DNA of 64,000 nucleotides from assembly GCA_964016885.1 (NCBI GenBank), contig OZ024740.1, forward strand, positions 293,694,001-293,758,000, read 5' to 3'. Each line of letters begins with the position of its first letter. Within the stretch, counting starts at the first letter, position 1. Positions 26,345-39,049 of the stretch are shown here, piece after piece. The notes under the pieces are model-generated. The model had not been told where the DNA came from. It ran no database searches and saw nothing but the letters and a program-made list of their open reading frames with translations. This DNA comes from Eledone cirrhosa. Lineage: Eukaryota. The translations under genes were made by a program, and so were the position numbers.

Positions 26345-26402
26345 GTTGCCTGATGAAGTCATAGCTGTTGAATTATGGTTTCACCGAAATATATATTGCA
26401 GC
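26345..26402 (+). ncRNA. Hammerhead ribozyme, degenerate, same family as 4835-4889
   Basis: gttgc-CTGATGA-agt...acc-GAAA-tatata-TT-gcagc; A.C mismatch at the stem II closing pair. Confidence 0.55.
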
Positions 26403-26468
26403 AAATATGAATAAACGAAGTTAATTTTAACCTGTTGAATTACACTTCTTGTTTATATATATATATAC

Positions 26469-26512
<44 letters not shown>

Positions 26513-27554
26513 AATGAAAAAATGGATTTAAAGACTCACGTTAAATCCCTGTAACATTATGAGCTCAAGGAATAATTACCGGGCTCTTAATAATATAGTA
26601 TATAGAGAAGAAACATAAAAAGGCGTTATGTTTTCAATTACAAAGGGTAGAGAACCACTATAGTAAAGGATATAAGGTCTACGAAAAGTGGGAAAAATAC
26701 ATAATACTTAAAATGTAAAATTAAAATGTAAAAAACCCTCCTTTATAACTATATAACACCTGGACCAAAGGAGAGAATGTATCAGCATAAGTAATGTTCG
26801 TACAATACCTTCTCATGGCTTATCAACATGTGTAAAGAAGATATAACCAACACATCTAAAGAGATTTCAGACAACTGAATAAAAGCACATGGTTGGAGAT
26901 TCGAAAACATGTACAACGTTTCAGAAGAGTGTTGTTTATCTTAGCTGTTATGTTGTAACTTCCTGAGGATAAGTAGGTCCTAACAATCCAAAGCACTACA
27001 CATCAGTATTTTATCCCAGGTAGGTGATAATGAGTAATGGAGTATTCATTTATTGAAGAATGGTAGTTAAGGCGGGATTAAATCACCATGATTGTTTATT
27101 GCAGGATATATATTTCTGTTACATGTGTATTTATATGACTTCATCAGATACTTACGCAATCATAGGTGTGGTTATGCAATCATTGTGATATGCTGGTGTC
27201 CATGTACGTCTATCCTGTATTGAAGTGGGTCATCATATAAATCTTCTGTTTGTTAAGTTCTAGAATTTAACAAAGAGAAGATTTATATGCCACATCTATG
27301 AGTGCATAAGCATCAGGTGAAGTCACATGAATAACCATGTAACATAAATATATATTATGAAAGAAACAATTATGGGGATTTAATCCCGTTTTAACTTCCA
27401 TTATTTGATATATATATTGGCACAAGGCCAGTAATTACCCAGTACATTACTGGGTAATTGGCCAGCAATTACCCAGTACATTACTGGGTAATTGCTGGCC
27501 TTGTGCCAAAAGTAGAAACAATTATTTGATATATATGTATTTATATATATATAA

Positions 27555-29760
27555 ATTAAATGTTAGAGAAAACAATACCAAATTCTTGAACAAATATATT
27601 TAATGGCTTACAGTTGTTTCGGAAATCATATCAACATTCTGCACATACAGATGAAATGTATCGATTATATAATCGATAAGAGCAAATTATAATAAAAAGA
27701 AAAGATTGATATGGTCTCCTTTTCAGAGCCGAAAATAAAATAAATATAAAATACAAACATACATGTCTCTGAAAATAGGGGCTTCAATAAATGTAAAACA
27801 CGAAGCATACCATTCCACATATGAATAAGGGAAGCAGGATTAGGATACATCTTAAATTCAAAGAAGTTAACCGTTAAAAAAAATGGTGTAGGTATGAAAC
27901 CGGAAGTAGACAGGCATATATAGTAAGGGGTATAATTTTGACGAAAGGGAGCTAATTACTAGAATTACAAATGAGATATTTAAATAAATAATTATAAATA
28001 TGGGTGGGTTAAAGGAAGTATAGATAGGTGTAATAAGTTGTGTTATGACCAAAAGAGGTAATAGGGATACTAATTATAACAGTAGAAAAATAAAGAGAAA
28101 TAAAACAATATAGATATAAATTAAAGTTAAAATAATTAAAAAGAAGGGGTTTATAAGGAACATAGTGAACGAGTATTAAGTTAGTCACAAAATGGGGAGA
28201 AGGGCCTAGATAAAGAGGGTTAAATCTAAAAAGAAAAAAGATAGAGGAATACAATAGGAAATACATTATAAATAAATAATTATACATAAGAGTAGGTTAA
28301 ATTAAAAGGGAAAAGATAGGATAGTTAAAGAAGGAAATAAAGGAATCACCTATTAACTAAGAAAGAGGGTATATAGGATTAAGAATAGGGGTTATAAATT
28401 AAAATAATATAATAGATGGGCATAAAGAAAAAAATAATATTAATATAACATGGGTATAAATAAAAGATAAAAAATACAATGTAAATCAACTAGGAAGAAA
28501 ATTTAAACTAGTTGAAGTGTGAAGGTAAAATAAGTGGAGTTGGGGGTTAAAAAGGAATATTAAAAAGATATAGGCAATTTAACTAATGGAATTTAAGTGG
28601 GATCAAATACGCTGTTAGCGAACGAATATGTCAAACGATGATGGCAGTTAATTACAATCTCATTGCGATCATTTATTGGGCTGGGCTTAGACATAGTTAT
28701 GAAATAAGCTTCGGATAAACAGAGATCACAATGACCTTTAGAACCATTGTAAGGAGAGGGTTTAGCTAAGATATCCCAGACTAAAGAGTATTCAATATTA
28801 GAGAGTTTGAGTTTATTTATATATCTGGCTAAAGAAGTAGTAAATTTTAAATTACTATTCTTGAAGGAATGTCTATGGGAATTAAAATGAGTTTTAAAAG
28901 AGTTAGCAGTAGTTCCAATGTACGTTTTATTGTCACTATGGGTTTTAGCAGTGAATCTATATACTACATTATTAGTAAGACATTGACCATCCAGAGAGCA
29001 GTTAATACAGTTACGGTTAGAGGCAGTAGAGGTTGTAGGTAAAAGGATAGAATTAGTAGGTGTATTAATTGAAGGTGAGGTGATAGGAGAGTTAAAAGAG
29101 TAACTATTAATGTTAGAATTATTTGTATATAAAGGGTTAAGTGGTAGAGGTAAATTAACAGAAAGGGGGTACTATCTTTGTTTAGTTTCTTATGGTTACT
29201 GAAAACAATATGATCAGCCAGGTTAAGGGTAATAGAGAAAGAAATCTTAACGATATTTTTGTTAAATAATTTATAGTGCTTATGGCTAGGAGGGAAACTG
29301 TTGCGTAAGATGGAGAAAAACCTTTTAGGGAGGTTAGAAGCGATACTATGGGAGAATGGAAGACTAAACCATAACAGATTACGAAATCCTTTTCTGTGCA
29401 GAGTACTAGCAGTATTATGAGGGTTTATAGATATATTTAGAGTATTTTTTTAAGTTAATATGCATACTAGTGGAGGAATTCTTAGTATTACAGGAAGGCA
29501 TTTGATTAAGGTGTCTATTAAAACCAATCCTGAACTCATTGCTAGGAGTAGGTGGCAAACCATTATTAGGAGACCAGTTTTTCCATTGGTGTTTGTAAAT
29601 CCATTATTACTAGAAAGACAACTCTGTGCAATTACATTATTATTATGTAAACTATGTCTGGTTAGAACAGCAGGTAGGTAATAAATCTTATCCTTATAGC
29701 CTGATTTAGAAGAGCCTCATTATAGTACCAAGTTATTTCGTTAAAGAAGAAGAAATTAGT
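27555..29760 (-). mobile_element. Penelope-like retroelement 3' fragment (thumb + GIY-YIG + 3' UTR)
   Basis: Minus-strand YYNEALL, WFSLPFS, GQCLTNNVVY, YIGTT, GHCDLCLSE, INDRNE..CHH. Confidence 0.85.
27605..27730 (-). ncRNA. Hammerhead ribozyme, degenerate
   Basis: ggct-CTGAAAA-ggagaccatatcaat...gttgatatgatttcc-GAAA-caactg-TA-agcc. G8>A in the core and one change in the CAGCTG palindrome. Lies at the 3' end of the Penelope fragment at 27555-29760. Confidence 0.6.
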
Positions 29761-30677
29761 TATATACTGTTGTGATAGTAAGTACAGATGTTTTGGGCAA
29801 TTATATTTTTCAAGAAAGAGAAAAATAGGTGTGTCCTTTCTGACAAAAATATAGGATAAAAAAGGAAGAGATAGGGTTGATGGCAGAGTTTGCTGATTTG
29901 CACATGTATGTGGGTGGGATGCAAGATGTGGCAAAGTGTTTGGAGAATGAGAGTAAAATAATTGCTGTAAGTGAAGTGGAGAGAGAATAAATTCAATAAG
30001 GATAGGGTAGGTTAAAGGAGAAAGAAACTTTCATTAAAAACCAGAATTGTGTAGGATGTAGGCAGGGCTAGGGCTCAAGATGGAAGGTATATAAACAGGA
30101 AAACTAACTTGCAGACACCATGGTTCATATACAATTAGAATATCAGTGAAAAAGCAGAAGTGATAGGGCTGCTCACATGGCCCTGTTCATGGTCTCCAAG
30201 ACAGTTTGAAGACCTTGCCTGAAGGCTTGTAACAGGGTATATTTCACTAAAGACATACAGTGACCAAATGATGGTCACTAACTAGCAACAGTTTAAACAT
30301 ACAACATAAAAATAGTAACAACATCTCTGATGAGGTTTTAGGTTCTATCCATCTTCCAAATTTCATTGAGAATATTTTAATCTGCCTGGGTGTATGGTAG
30401 AAGATAATTTCTTAAGGTGGCTGCCAGTCAGATTGAACCTAAAACTACATATTATAAAGCAAATGTTTTAACTACACAACCATGCCTGTGCTCAATAACA
30501 TATTGATGCCTCACACATACAATTTTGCAACAAAGGAGCCTTTATACGGTCCCTTAATAAAAAATATGTTCTCAACATTTTTAGTATTCTGTTTAAAATA
30601 TATATATAACACTTACAGAAACACATTTCATGTCATTATCAATAATCAGAAATAATTAAAACTTGCCTAATACATAC

Positions 30678-30763
30678 CTAGTAAGCAGACCAGATCCTAA
30701 CCAGGGTTTTACAAATTTATAGAACATACTTTTTTCAATGTGTACTGAGTTACCGATTAAATC
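30678..30763 (-). CDS. CYP4V-like exon 3 (86 nt)
   Basis: tttcag|GAT...AG|gtatgt; DLIGNSVHIEKSMFYKFVKPWLGSGLLTS, the CYP4 signature K..Y.F..PWLG.GLLTS. Confidence 0.95.
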
Positions 30764-31279
30764 CTGAAATGACAAGTAGTTAAATTAAGTAAAACATGTA
30801 AAAAACAAGAAAATGTATGATATAATCAACTGTTCAGTTTACTTTTTTCCTATTTAGAAATAATATAAATGCAATTTTATGCTAAAGAGAAATAAAGCAT
30901 GCAGACTGAGAATTAAGGAGAACTGAAAGTATAAGAGATAGAGTGGAAGAGATAGAAAGTGAGATATAAAGGAAAGACAAAGAGTATAAGATAGAAGGGA
31001 TGGATGAGTAGAAGGAAGTGGTGCTAATATTAAGAGAGAGAGAAGCAGTAATAGGCAAAGTAGTAAAATACATTGATTCAGCAATGTGATATGAGGAGAG
31101 AAATAGCCAATAGTCACATACAGAAGAAAGAAGACAATGGAAACATGAAAAAGAAAGAAGAGGAGGAGATCTTTTACTACACCCCGACATTCAATAAATT
31201 CTTGATACATTTGGAAAGAATATTTAACCAAAGATTTAATACAATATACATATATATTTGTATTGGTGCTCCGACAATG

Positions 31280-31925
31280 ATATACATATAAATGTACATA
31301 TTGTATCATCATCATCATCATTATCACCGTTTTACATCCATTCTTCCACGCTAGCATGGGTTAGACGGGTTGTCCTGTTGTGGGCAGTGCCTGGTTGGGT
31401 GACCTTGTCTTGCTCATACGGGAACTGATTTTAGCTTGATTTCTACAACTGGATGCCCTTCCTAACACCAATCCCATTTACAGTGATTGTTGGGTGTGTT
31501 TTTTTTCATGGCGCCTACACGACCACTTTACAGTGTGGGCTGGGTGCTTTTTTGTATATTGTATATTGAATAATATACAGGATGTTTATGAAACATTTGA
31601 ATGTCTTTAGCGATGAATTTCAGCAAAAACAAGGGGAAGTAATTGATGCAATTCTCAATTATTAGCAGTTATCGAAACTATATATCTCCCCATGTTTGCT
31701 AAGCTTTCAAGCTTACATTGGCCTCAGCAAAGACAGGGAGATATGTAGTTTCGGTAACCACTAATAAGCGAGAAACACGTTGATTACTTTCTCCCGTTTT
31801 TGCTGAGGCTGAGTGTGTGATGGGGATCACAAACTTAGAAATTCATTGCGGAAAGGCCTTCAAATATTTTTCATAAATATCCCATATATTATTCAATATA
31901 CAGTATGTACATTTATTTGTATATT
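31280..31925. mobile_element. Fold-back MITE with long imperfect TIRs, left arm interrupted by a SINE/RTE tail
   Basis: tgtatattgaataatata...tttatgaaa pairs with tttcataaa...tatattattcaatataca; an inner ~85-bp inverted pair is also present. Confidence 0.7.
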
Positions 31926-32049
31926 TGATTTAATGTTTCGAGTAAATGTTAAAGTATGCTTCACATAATAAAGATAAATTCAATATGAGCGAGATTCAAA
32001 TTCGTAAGAAAAATGTGACCTTTAAATAATAGAAACAAAAATATATGGT

Positions 32050-32660
32050 AATGATCTTCTTCCTCTTGGTTGTCCATCGTGAATGATGATGACATCTTCT
32101 TTATTTTAGTTCCCCTCTGCCATGGGCACGAAGGTGGCTGTGGAGGCCGATCCTTGAATTGCAGGTCCGGGGACAGTGGGGGCAGGGGAAGAGATTGAAG
32201 TTGCTTGGGGCAGCTGCTGATGCCTTTCTCCTCCTTTCACGGGCCTCAGTGACCTCTGCCCGTCTCTTCTCTTCAAAAGAGTCCTTGGTGCATCTGGTAA
32301 GGGCTCGCCACTCATTCCTGTCCTGAGCATGGGACTCGAGTTGTTTTGGGGCAATTCCAGTGTTGTTGATACTGGACTTCACGCAGTCTTTGAACCTCTT
32401 GAGAGGCCTGCCTCACTTTTGTTTCTCCGAACAGAGTTCCCCATACATCAGTTGCTTCGGAAGCCTGTGATCGTCCATCCGGATGACATGTCCCACCCAT
32501 CGAAGTCAGCTCTTCAGTATCATAGGTTCGAAACTGGTTGTCTCAGCCATGTCAAGAACTTCGAGGGTGGAGACCTTGTCCTGCCATTTGATGTTCATGA
32601 TTGACTGCAGACTGCGCATGTGGAACCGTTCCAGCTGCTTCAGGTGCTTTCTGTACACGT
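32050..32660 (-). mobile_element. RTE-BovB-like LINE 3' fragment
   Basis: LRWVGHVIRMDDHRLPKQLMYGEL, KRFKD, AQDRNEWR, CPHCPRTCNSRIGLHSH.R.H zinc finger. Confidence 0.88.
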
Positions 32661-34399
32661 GGTTTCATCAAACTGTCTTGTAAACCACAGGTTCTCAACC
32701 CATTTAGGCCAAGCGCCCCATTTTGTACCTCGAAATCATGAAACGCCCCCCCCCCCCCGCCACCCTATTTTTTCACTTTTTCAATATACTACTGATTTTT
32801 ATATCAGTAGATTACTAAAAAATTGATTAACAATATTCCAAACGTGTGTATTATCTGATGATGTGTTGTATGTGGTCCTAGATGTGTGTTCTACTCGCTT
32901 CTGTTTTTTCTTTTCTTTTTTTTTACACTCCCTGGATATATATATAAGCAAAAGGGATATTGAACTGTTAAGATCTCCTTCCTGGATATGTCAATATTTA
33001 TAAAACAAACTTTGTATTTTATCTGATGAGAGCGTACCAAAGTTTTGGTACCCTTGAAATATATATAATAGAATAAATATGGTTTTATAAATATAGTTTC
33101 CATTTATTAATATCATTGATATATATATATATGGGCCTTCCAATTTCATTTTACATTATATACATATCTGTGTATATTTTAGTTATTTAAACATTATTTT
33201 TAAGCGAACGTGACCCAACAGGTCACGGGTGGTGTAGTATTCAATAAAATTAAAAGTAGTGTATGATAAGATATATAAACTGAGGCATGACATTTGACCT
33301 CAATGCACTATTTTCATTTTATACATAAACTTGTGGTGTCGCATTCAGTGATTTCATGATATATTTGAAGAAAAAAGAAACAGTTAAGCAGTGATTAACC
33401 TCACCTGTATTTTATTTAATGTTTAAAATAATGGTATTTCAAGTCCTTTATACATTTGCATAATAATAAAGATAAACACAATAACAATAGGAGTCAAACA
33501 TACAAATTAACTATGACCAGCTGGATAATAATGGATTGAAAAGGAAGAAAATAGTCTGCTCAATACAAGGATGCAACTCTTGGTATTGGCATTATTAAAA
33601 CCACAATGAATCCTCTTGCTTTTGACTTTGAAATTAAAGAATAGATGGGACACACAGACAGACATTACAAATATAATAAGTAAAATATGATCAGTTTATA
33701 CAATTTAGTTCTAGCATATACAGGTATATAAGATTGTAATATAGGCATGGTTGTGTGGTTAATTGGTTAATTGTTTTTTTATCATAGACTCAGGTTGTTC
33801 AATACATTGTGACTGGATTTTGGTAGACAGAAATTATGTAGAACCCCATCAAAATATCTCCCACCCTAACTGAGAGCCCCCTACTCCTCTCCCTCCCTGT
33901 CAATCTCCACCACACTCATCATTTCTCACTCTTCTCCTCTACCTTCTTTCTCCTACATCATACTTTGAACCCAGCACACCTATCATGCAACAAAGACATT
34001 ATACTTATCATTCCCCCATGACATTATACTTATAATACTCCTTCACTCACCTAATGTCACTTACCATTAACATCATGTTTATTACACTTCCTACCACTTA
34101 TCATTTAACCTTTATCCCATAGGATAGAGAAGGGATTTTAGTCCAGTCAATGTCCAACAACTTCCCTTGTATTGGTGCCATGATGAAACATTCCCAGTTC
34201 ACTTTGTAAAGTGGCCGGTGTTAAGAAGGGATTCCAGTCATAGAAATCCTGCAAAAAGGGTTGAGAGGACCCTTCTAGTGTTGGTGCCATGTAAAATGTA
34301 TCCTGTATAACCTGTAAGGTGAATGGTGATAGAAAGGGCATTTGGTTGTAGAGACAATGCCAAAGTAGGATTGCGAGGGCTCCTCAATTGTGTCAAAGA

Positions 34400-35120
34400 C
34401 ATAACAACCTCTTAGTACATGGTTCATTCTGTAGAGTATAAGAACATGTGTAAGAGAGATGCAGCCTCCAGCCTATCTCAGAAAGCAGTGTGTCAGTGAA
34501 AACCAAGATGTTATTGGGAAAAAGTGCATTCACTGATGTTCAAAAGAAGGAAGCATGGCAATGATATTTTGAGAGTTGGATGAATGTATAGAATAAGTCG
34601 ATGAAGGAGTGACTACTTCCAGCTGACAAAACAGTGGGATCAGCTATCAAAATTAATAGTTATTGGGTCAAAGGAGCAATTAAGGAGATGAAAAATGGCA
34701 AGGCCACTGGTCTGTTAGAGATAACTGCTGAGATGCTGGAATCTTCTCGAAAATAGTAGTGGAACTAATCAGCTGCATAATTAATCAGTTAATACATGAT
34801 GTGGTCATACTTAGTGATTGGTACAGCAGTATACCCATTAATTACTACTAGGAAAAAGGAGATGTACTACAAAGTAACAAATACAGGGGCATAAAACTGA
34901 TGGACTAAGTTATATGATGGAAAGAGTTAATTAGGAAAGGAGCGAAATTAGATGAGATACAGTTTGGTTTTGCACCAGAAAGGAGCACCATAGATGTCTT
35001 CCTATTAGTGAGACAACTACAAGAGAAATTCATAGCTAAGTGTAAGACACTATATCTAACTCTCATTGATCTGGAGATGGCATTTGACAGAATACCATGA
35101 TCTGACATCTAGTGGTCCCT
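34400..35120 (+). mobile_element. Decayed RTE RT fragment
   Basis: AIKEMKNGKATG, YRGIKLM, QFGFAPERSTID, DLEMAFDRIP. Confidence 0.72.
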
Positions 35121-36145
35121 AAGCTAAATACAATGAATATGTGGTAATAGAAAAAAATATTAAAGCAATAGTTATTTACTAATATTATATCGATTTTTTC
35201 AACAAGTTTGAGAGATTACTTAGGACATGCTTCAATACTATTAGACCTCCTTAGTGAAGTATTGACTTCACTATAATACTCAATGTAGTGATGGAGGAAT
35301 AACAAAGTCAATGGACAAGAATGAGCACTTATTTTATTTTTACAAGTGAATGGTATCTAAATAATTTATTATTTAAATGCTATTTTCTATTTCAACATGA
35401 AGTGCACATATTATATATTAACTTAGTAATTCTTCCATCACTATTTCAGAAAGTACTATGAACTTGATACTTTATTGAAGAGCAATAACACAACTAATTC
35501 ATGTCTACAGATTTGATCTGTACATAGCTACATTATTTGATGTATAATTATTTATTTAAATTGGTCAGCTGTTATTTGAGAGGAAATTGGCTGATATTTC
35601 TAGCAGGTCTAGTGACTATTCAGAGGCAGACTTGTATTGAGCATTGACTATATTACTAGATGGAATTTAAGAGTAATTTATACTGCTATCAGCTTTTGTT
35701 AAAAACAATTGATAAATTATATCTCCACATAATCCTAAACTTATAAATCTATTATTGAGAGAGATAGTAGCAGTAATAGGTAAAATGTAAAACACATTGA
35801 TTCAGTGCTGTGGTGGTAGCAGAGAAGCAGTTAATAGCTACATACTAAAGAAATAGGGCAATGGATACTCCAATTAATTATAAACTTGTAAATCTATCTT
35901 TTTTATTTGTGCAGAATAACATAAACAACCAACTTTACCCAATAGCAACAATAATAGCTATTCATATTTACTTGTATATATTCATCTTTAAAGATAAAAA
36001 GGAATGGTTGTTGTTGCTTGTGCAGTTGTGGCAAGTATTCTTTCTTGTAACTTAATACATTAGTCACATGTTGATGGTGGCATCTGACAACATAAAAAAT
36101 CAACTTTACCCAATATCAACAATATTAGTTATACAAGATACTTAC

Positions 36146-36258
36146 TTGTATATATTTATCTTTAAAGACAAAAATGACTGGCTGGATACCAACCCAGATG
36201 GTCAGTATACCATATTCTCGAAATTCATCTGCAAATCTCATTAGATTTTTATAAAAGT
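36146..36258 (-). CDS. CYP4V-like exon 2 (113 nt)
   Basis: ctattgcag|AC...CAA|gtaagt; translates (D)FYKNLMRFADEFREYGILTIWVGIQPVIFVFKDKYIQ. Same size and phase as CYP4V2 exon 2. Not in the ORF track. Confidence 0.92.
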
Positions 36259-36944
36259 CTGCAATAGAATTGTTTAAAAGTGAGAAAACTATTCAGTCAG
36301 AAAAGTGAGAAAGGTATTCAGTTGATGAATGTAAATTCAATACTTTCTTAAAATACTTATATTCAAAAGAAATATTCTGTTTAAGTTTTCAGAGGGTTGA
36401 CTTTTGTGGGGAGGGAGATTATCTACAGTGGGAAAGACATTTTGAGTAAAGAGAGCCTGGAGTATAGAGTAAGCCTTGGTGGCAGTGATTCAGAGAAACA
36501 GGGGTCATTGTAATAGTTATAAACTTGCTCGATAGAGGAGTCAGCATATCTGTAAGCTATAAATTGTTGTGTTTTGGTGTGTAAGTAATAGAATATATTT
36601 CTTTGGGATGTTTGTTTATGTAACAGTAACACTGTTCCAGATCTGTGAACAGTATTCTGTTATAAGAGTAGTTATTCAAGCTTTGTGGACAATAAGCAAC
36701 TCACCAAATCACAAATGATATGAATTTACTTGTTCCATAAAGTATACAATTTTTACTGAAAGCTATAAGAGTAAGTGGAAATACATAAAAAAGGCTAAAT
36801 AATATTGAAGAGGGAACAGAAAAAAAGAACAAGATATAGAAAAGATAAATTGATAGTTATTTGAGAGAAAGATTTATCAATATTTATATAAATAACAATA
36901 TTTATATATATTTATATATTTATATATTTATATATTTATATAGC

Positions 36945-38825
36945 TCCTAAGAAAACTTCCACAACCCAGTGACATAGCTGGAATGAGGGGAGTAAAGGCT
37001 GCCTCTAATAAGAAGCCCTCCTACACACCTGCTATCAAGAATGTATTTAGGGTCCTCCTCTCTTCAGAAAGATGTATCCTCATGAGGTAGAGAGAATACT
37101 TTGCTAATCTTCCAAACCCATCACAACAACATCTTCTGATGTAAATAAGGTGCATCTTGGAGCGGCGACTTGGAAGTTGAGGTCACAAGAGCAGTTAAAG
37201 CGCTCAAATGTGGCAAGACTGCTGGGTAAGACAAAATCCACCCCAAGATGTTAAAAGCCTTAAATAAAGAAGGTATTCTCTGACTGACTCCTGTGTTCCC
37301 AGTGGCATGGATCTCTGGAAAGGCACATAAGCAATGGCAATTCGGAGTGATAATCCCAATTTTCAAAAAGGGAGACAAGAGAAATTGTTCCTATTACAGA
37401 GGGATCTCCTTGTTAAGCCTCCCTCGTAAAGTCTATGCTATGTATCTGGCAAAGAGATGCAGGGAGATTGTTGAGTCCAAGCTAGCTGATGAATAGTGTG
37501 GTTTTTCACCCCGGACGCAGCACGGCTGACCAAATATTCACACGGCGGCAGGTTTTTGAGAAATTGTGGGAGTATATTCTTGTTTTGTCAACCTTGAAAA
37601 GGCATATGATTGAATTCCTCTGGACATACTGTGGAAGGTTCTGCAGGAGTATGGGATTGATGGTCAGCTTCTTAGTGCCCTGCTGTCTCTATATGAATGC
37701 CTGAGTGTTTGTGTTTAAATAAATGGTGCTAAATCAAAACCATTCAATGTGGGAGTCAGACTCCACCAAGGGTGCATACTATCACCTCTCCTGTTCATTA
37801 TTTTCATGAACATCATTAACATGTGCAGCTGGGTTAGAAGTGATATCATGACTGGTGGGTTTAAAATCAGTCGGCTGGAATTTGCAGACACCATGGTGTT
37901 ACTTAATTTGACAGAAGATGATTTTTGACTTGCACTCAATAGGTTTGATGCCGAATGCTGCATGGCTGGATGAAAATCAGTGCTGTGAAAACTGAGACAG
38001 TCCTCCTCTCAAGGAAGCCTGCACAGTGCATGCTACATATGACTGGAGTTCCACTGAAGCAGATAGAGAATTTCAAGTACCTTGGGGCTGTGTTCAGGAG
38101 TGATAGAAAGCAGGAGGCTGAATTAAGTGCAAGAATTGCAAAAACTGGTGCAGTAATGCTCCAGCTTTAGTATACAGTAATCAGAAGGGAGGTAGGCGTA
38201 AAAGCCAAACTTGCTGTCTTCAATTCGGTTTTCATGCCAACCCTTACCTATGGTCATGAATCTTGGGTAATGACCAAACGAATAATTTAACAAATTCAAG
38301 TGGCCGAAATAGGATTCCTCTGAAGTGTCTTTGGAGTAACGTTACTTGATAAAGTGCATATCTCAGGGATCAGAGAGTCACTCCCGGTAGAGCTGCTACT
38401 TCTCTGAATTGAAATTTCACAGCTGCGATACTATGGGCCCGTGGTTAGAATGTCTGAGGCAAGAATTGCTGGACAGATTTTACAGGCAAAACCAACCAGC
38501 AAGAGACCCTGGGGTAGAACCTGAGCAAGATGGTTGGATAATATCCCTCAGCTTGGCTGGTCTTACTTGGGGATCCAGCCAGATCAGTTGCAGACAGTAG
38601 CTTCTTATCAGGGCCTAAGGGAGGGGGGCGTCCATCCGGTATTTTGTTCTGGGGCCCAAGAGCTATGAAGGCCCCATAGCAACCATGTAACTTCTAAGGG
38701 GTCTTGTACCACCTTGCAAAATTTCTCTTGGAGGCCCTGCTTCTTTCAGGACCTGTTAAAAGGAGTGTTTAAGGACTCTGCCCTCACAACCCTCTCAGGA
38801 AGAGTGCAAAAAGAAGAAGAAGAAG
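36945..38825 (+). mobile_element. RTE/Expander-like LINE, 5'-truncated, with (GAA)n tail
   Basis: PIFKKGD, YRGISLLS, LHQGCILSPLLF, FKYLG, PTLTYGHESW, QLRYYG. Empty site is seen at ~60670. Confidence 0.87.
38609..38739. mobile_element. Small hAT-like MITE inserted in the LINE
   Basis: Termini CAGGGCC/GGCCCTG; imperfect 8-bp TSD cttcttat/cttctttc; absent from the related copy at 58250-58620. Confidence 0.6.
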
Positions 38826-39049
38826 AAAACATTGACTGGTAGCTCTTATACCCATCAAACAAATAATTCCTTATTAACCTGATTAAACTATATGGTGCTG
38901 ACAAGATGTTGCCTAATGGTTTAATCCATTGGTATACAATGTGAGCTCTAGATTCTGAACCCTTCAGCTTCTCAACATCAGCAGACAACAATTGACCTGC
39001 TTGCTGAGTCCTTCCCTTCCATTGCGGTCCCTCCCCTGTTGGCATGGAG

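Noticed and set aside
15016-29760. Selenocysteine recoding, reported for some Naiad elements
   Set aside because: The conserved Cys positions I could read (CxC..CP..C, CxxC, C.H) use TGT/TGC in all three elements; the stops are not at Cys positions.
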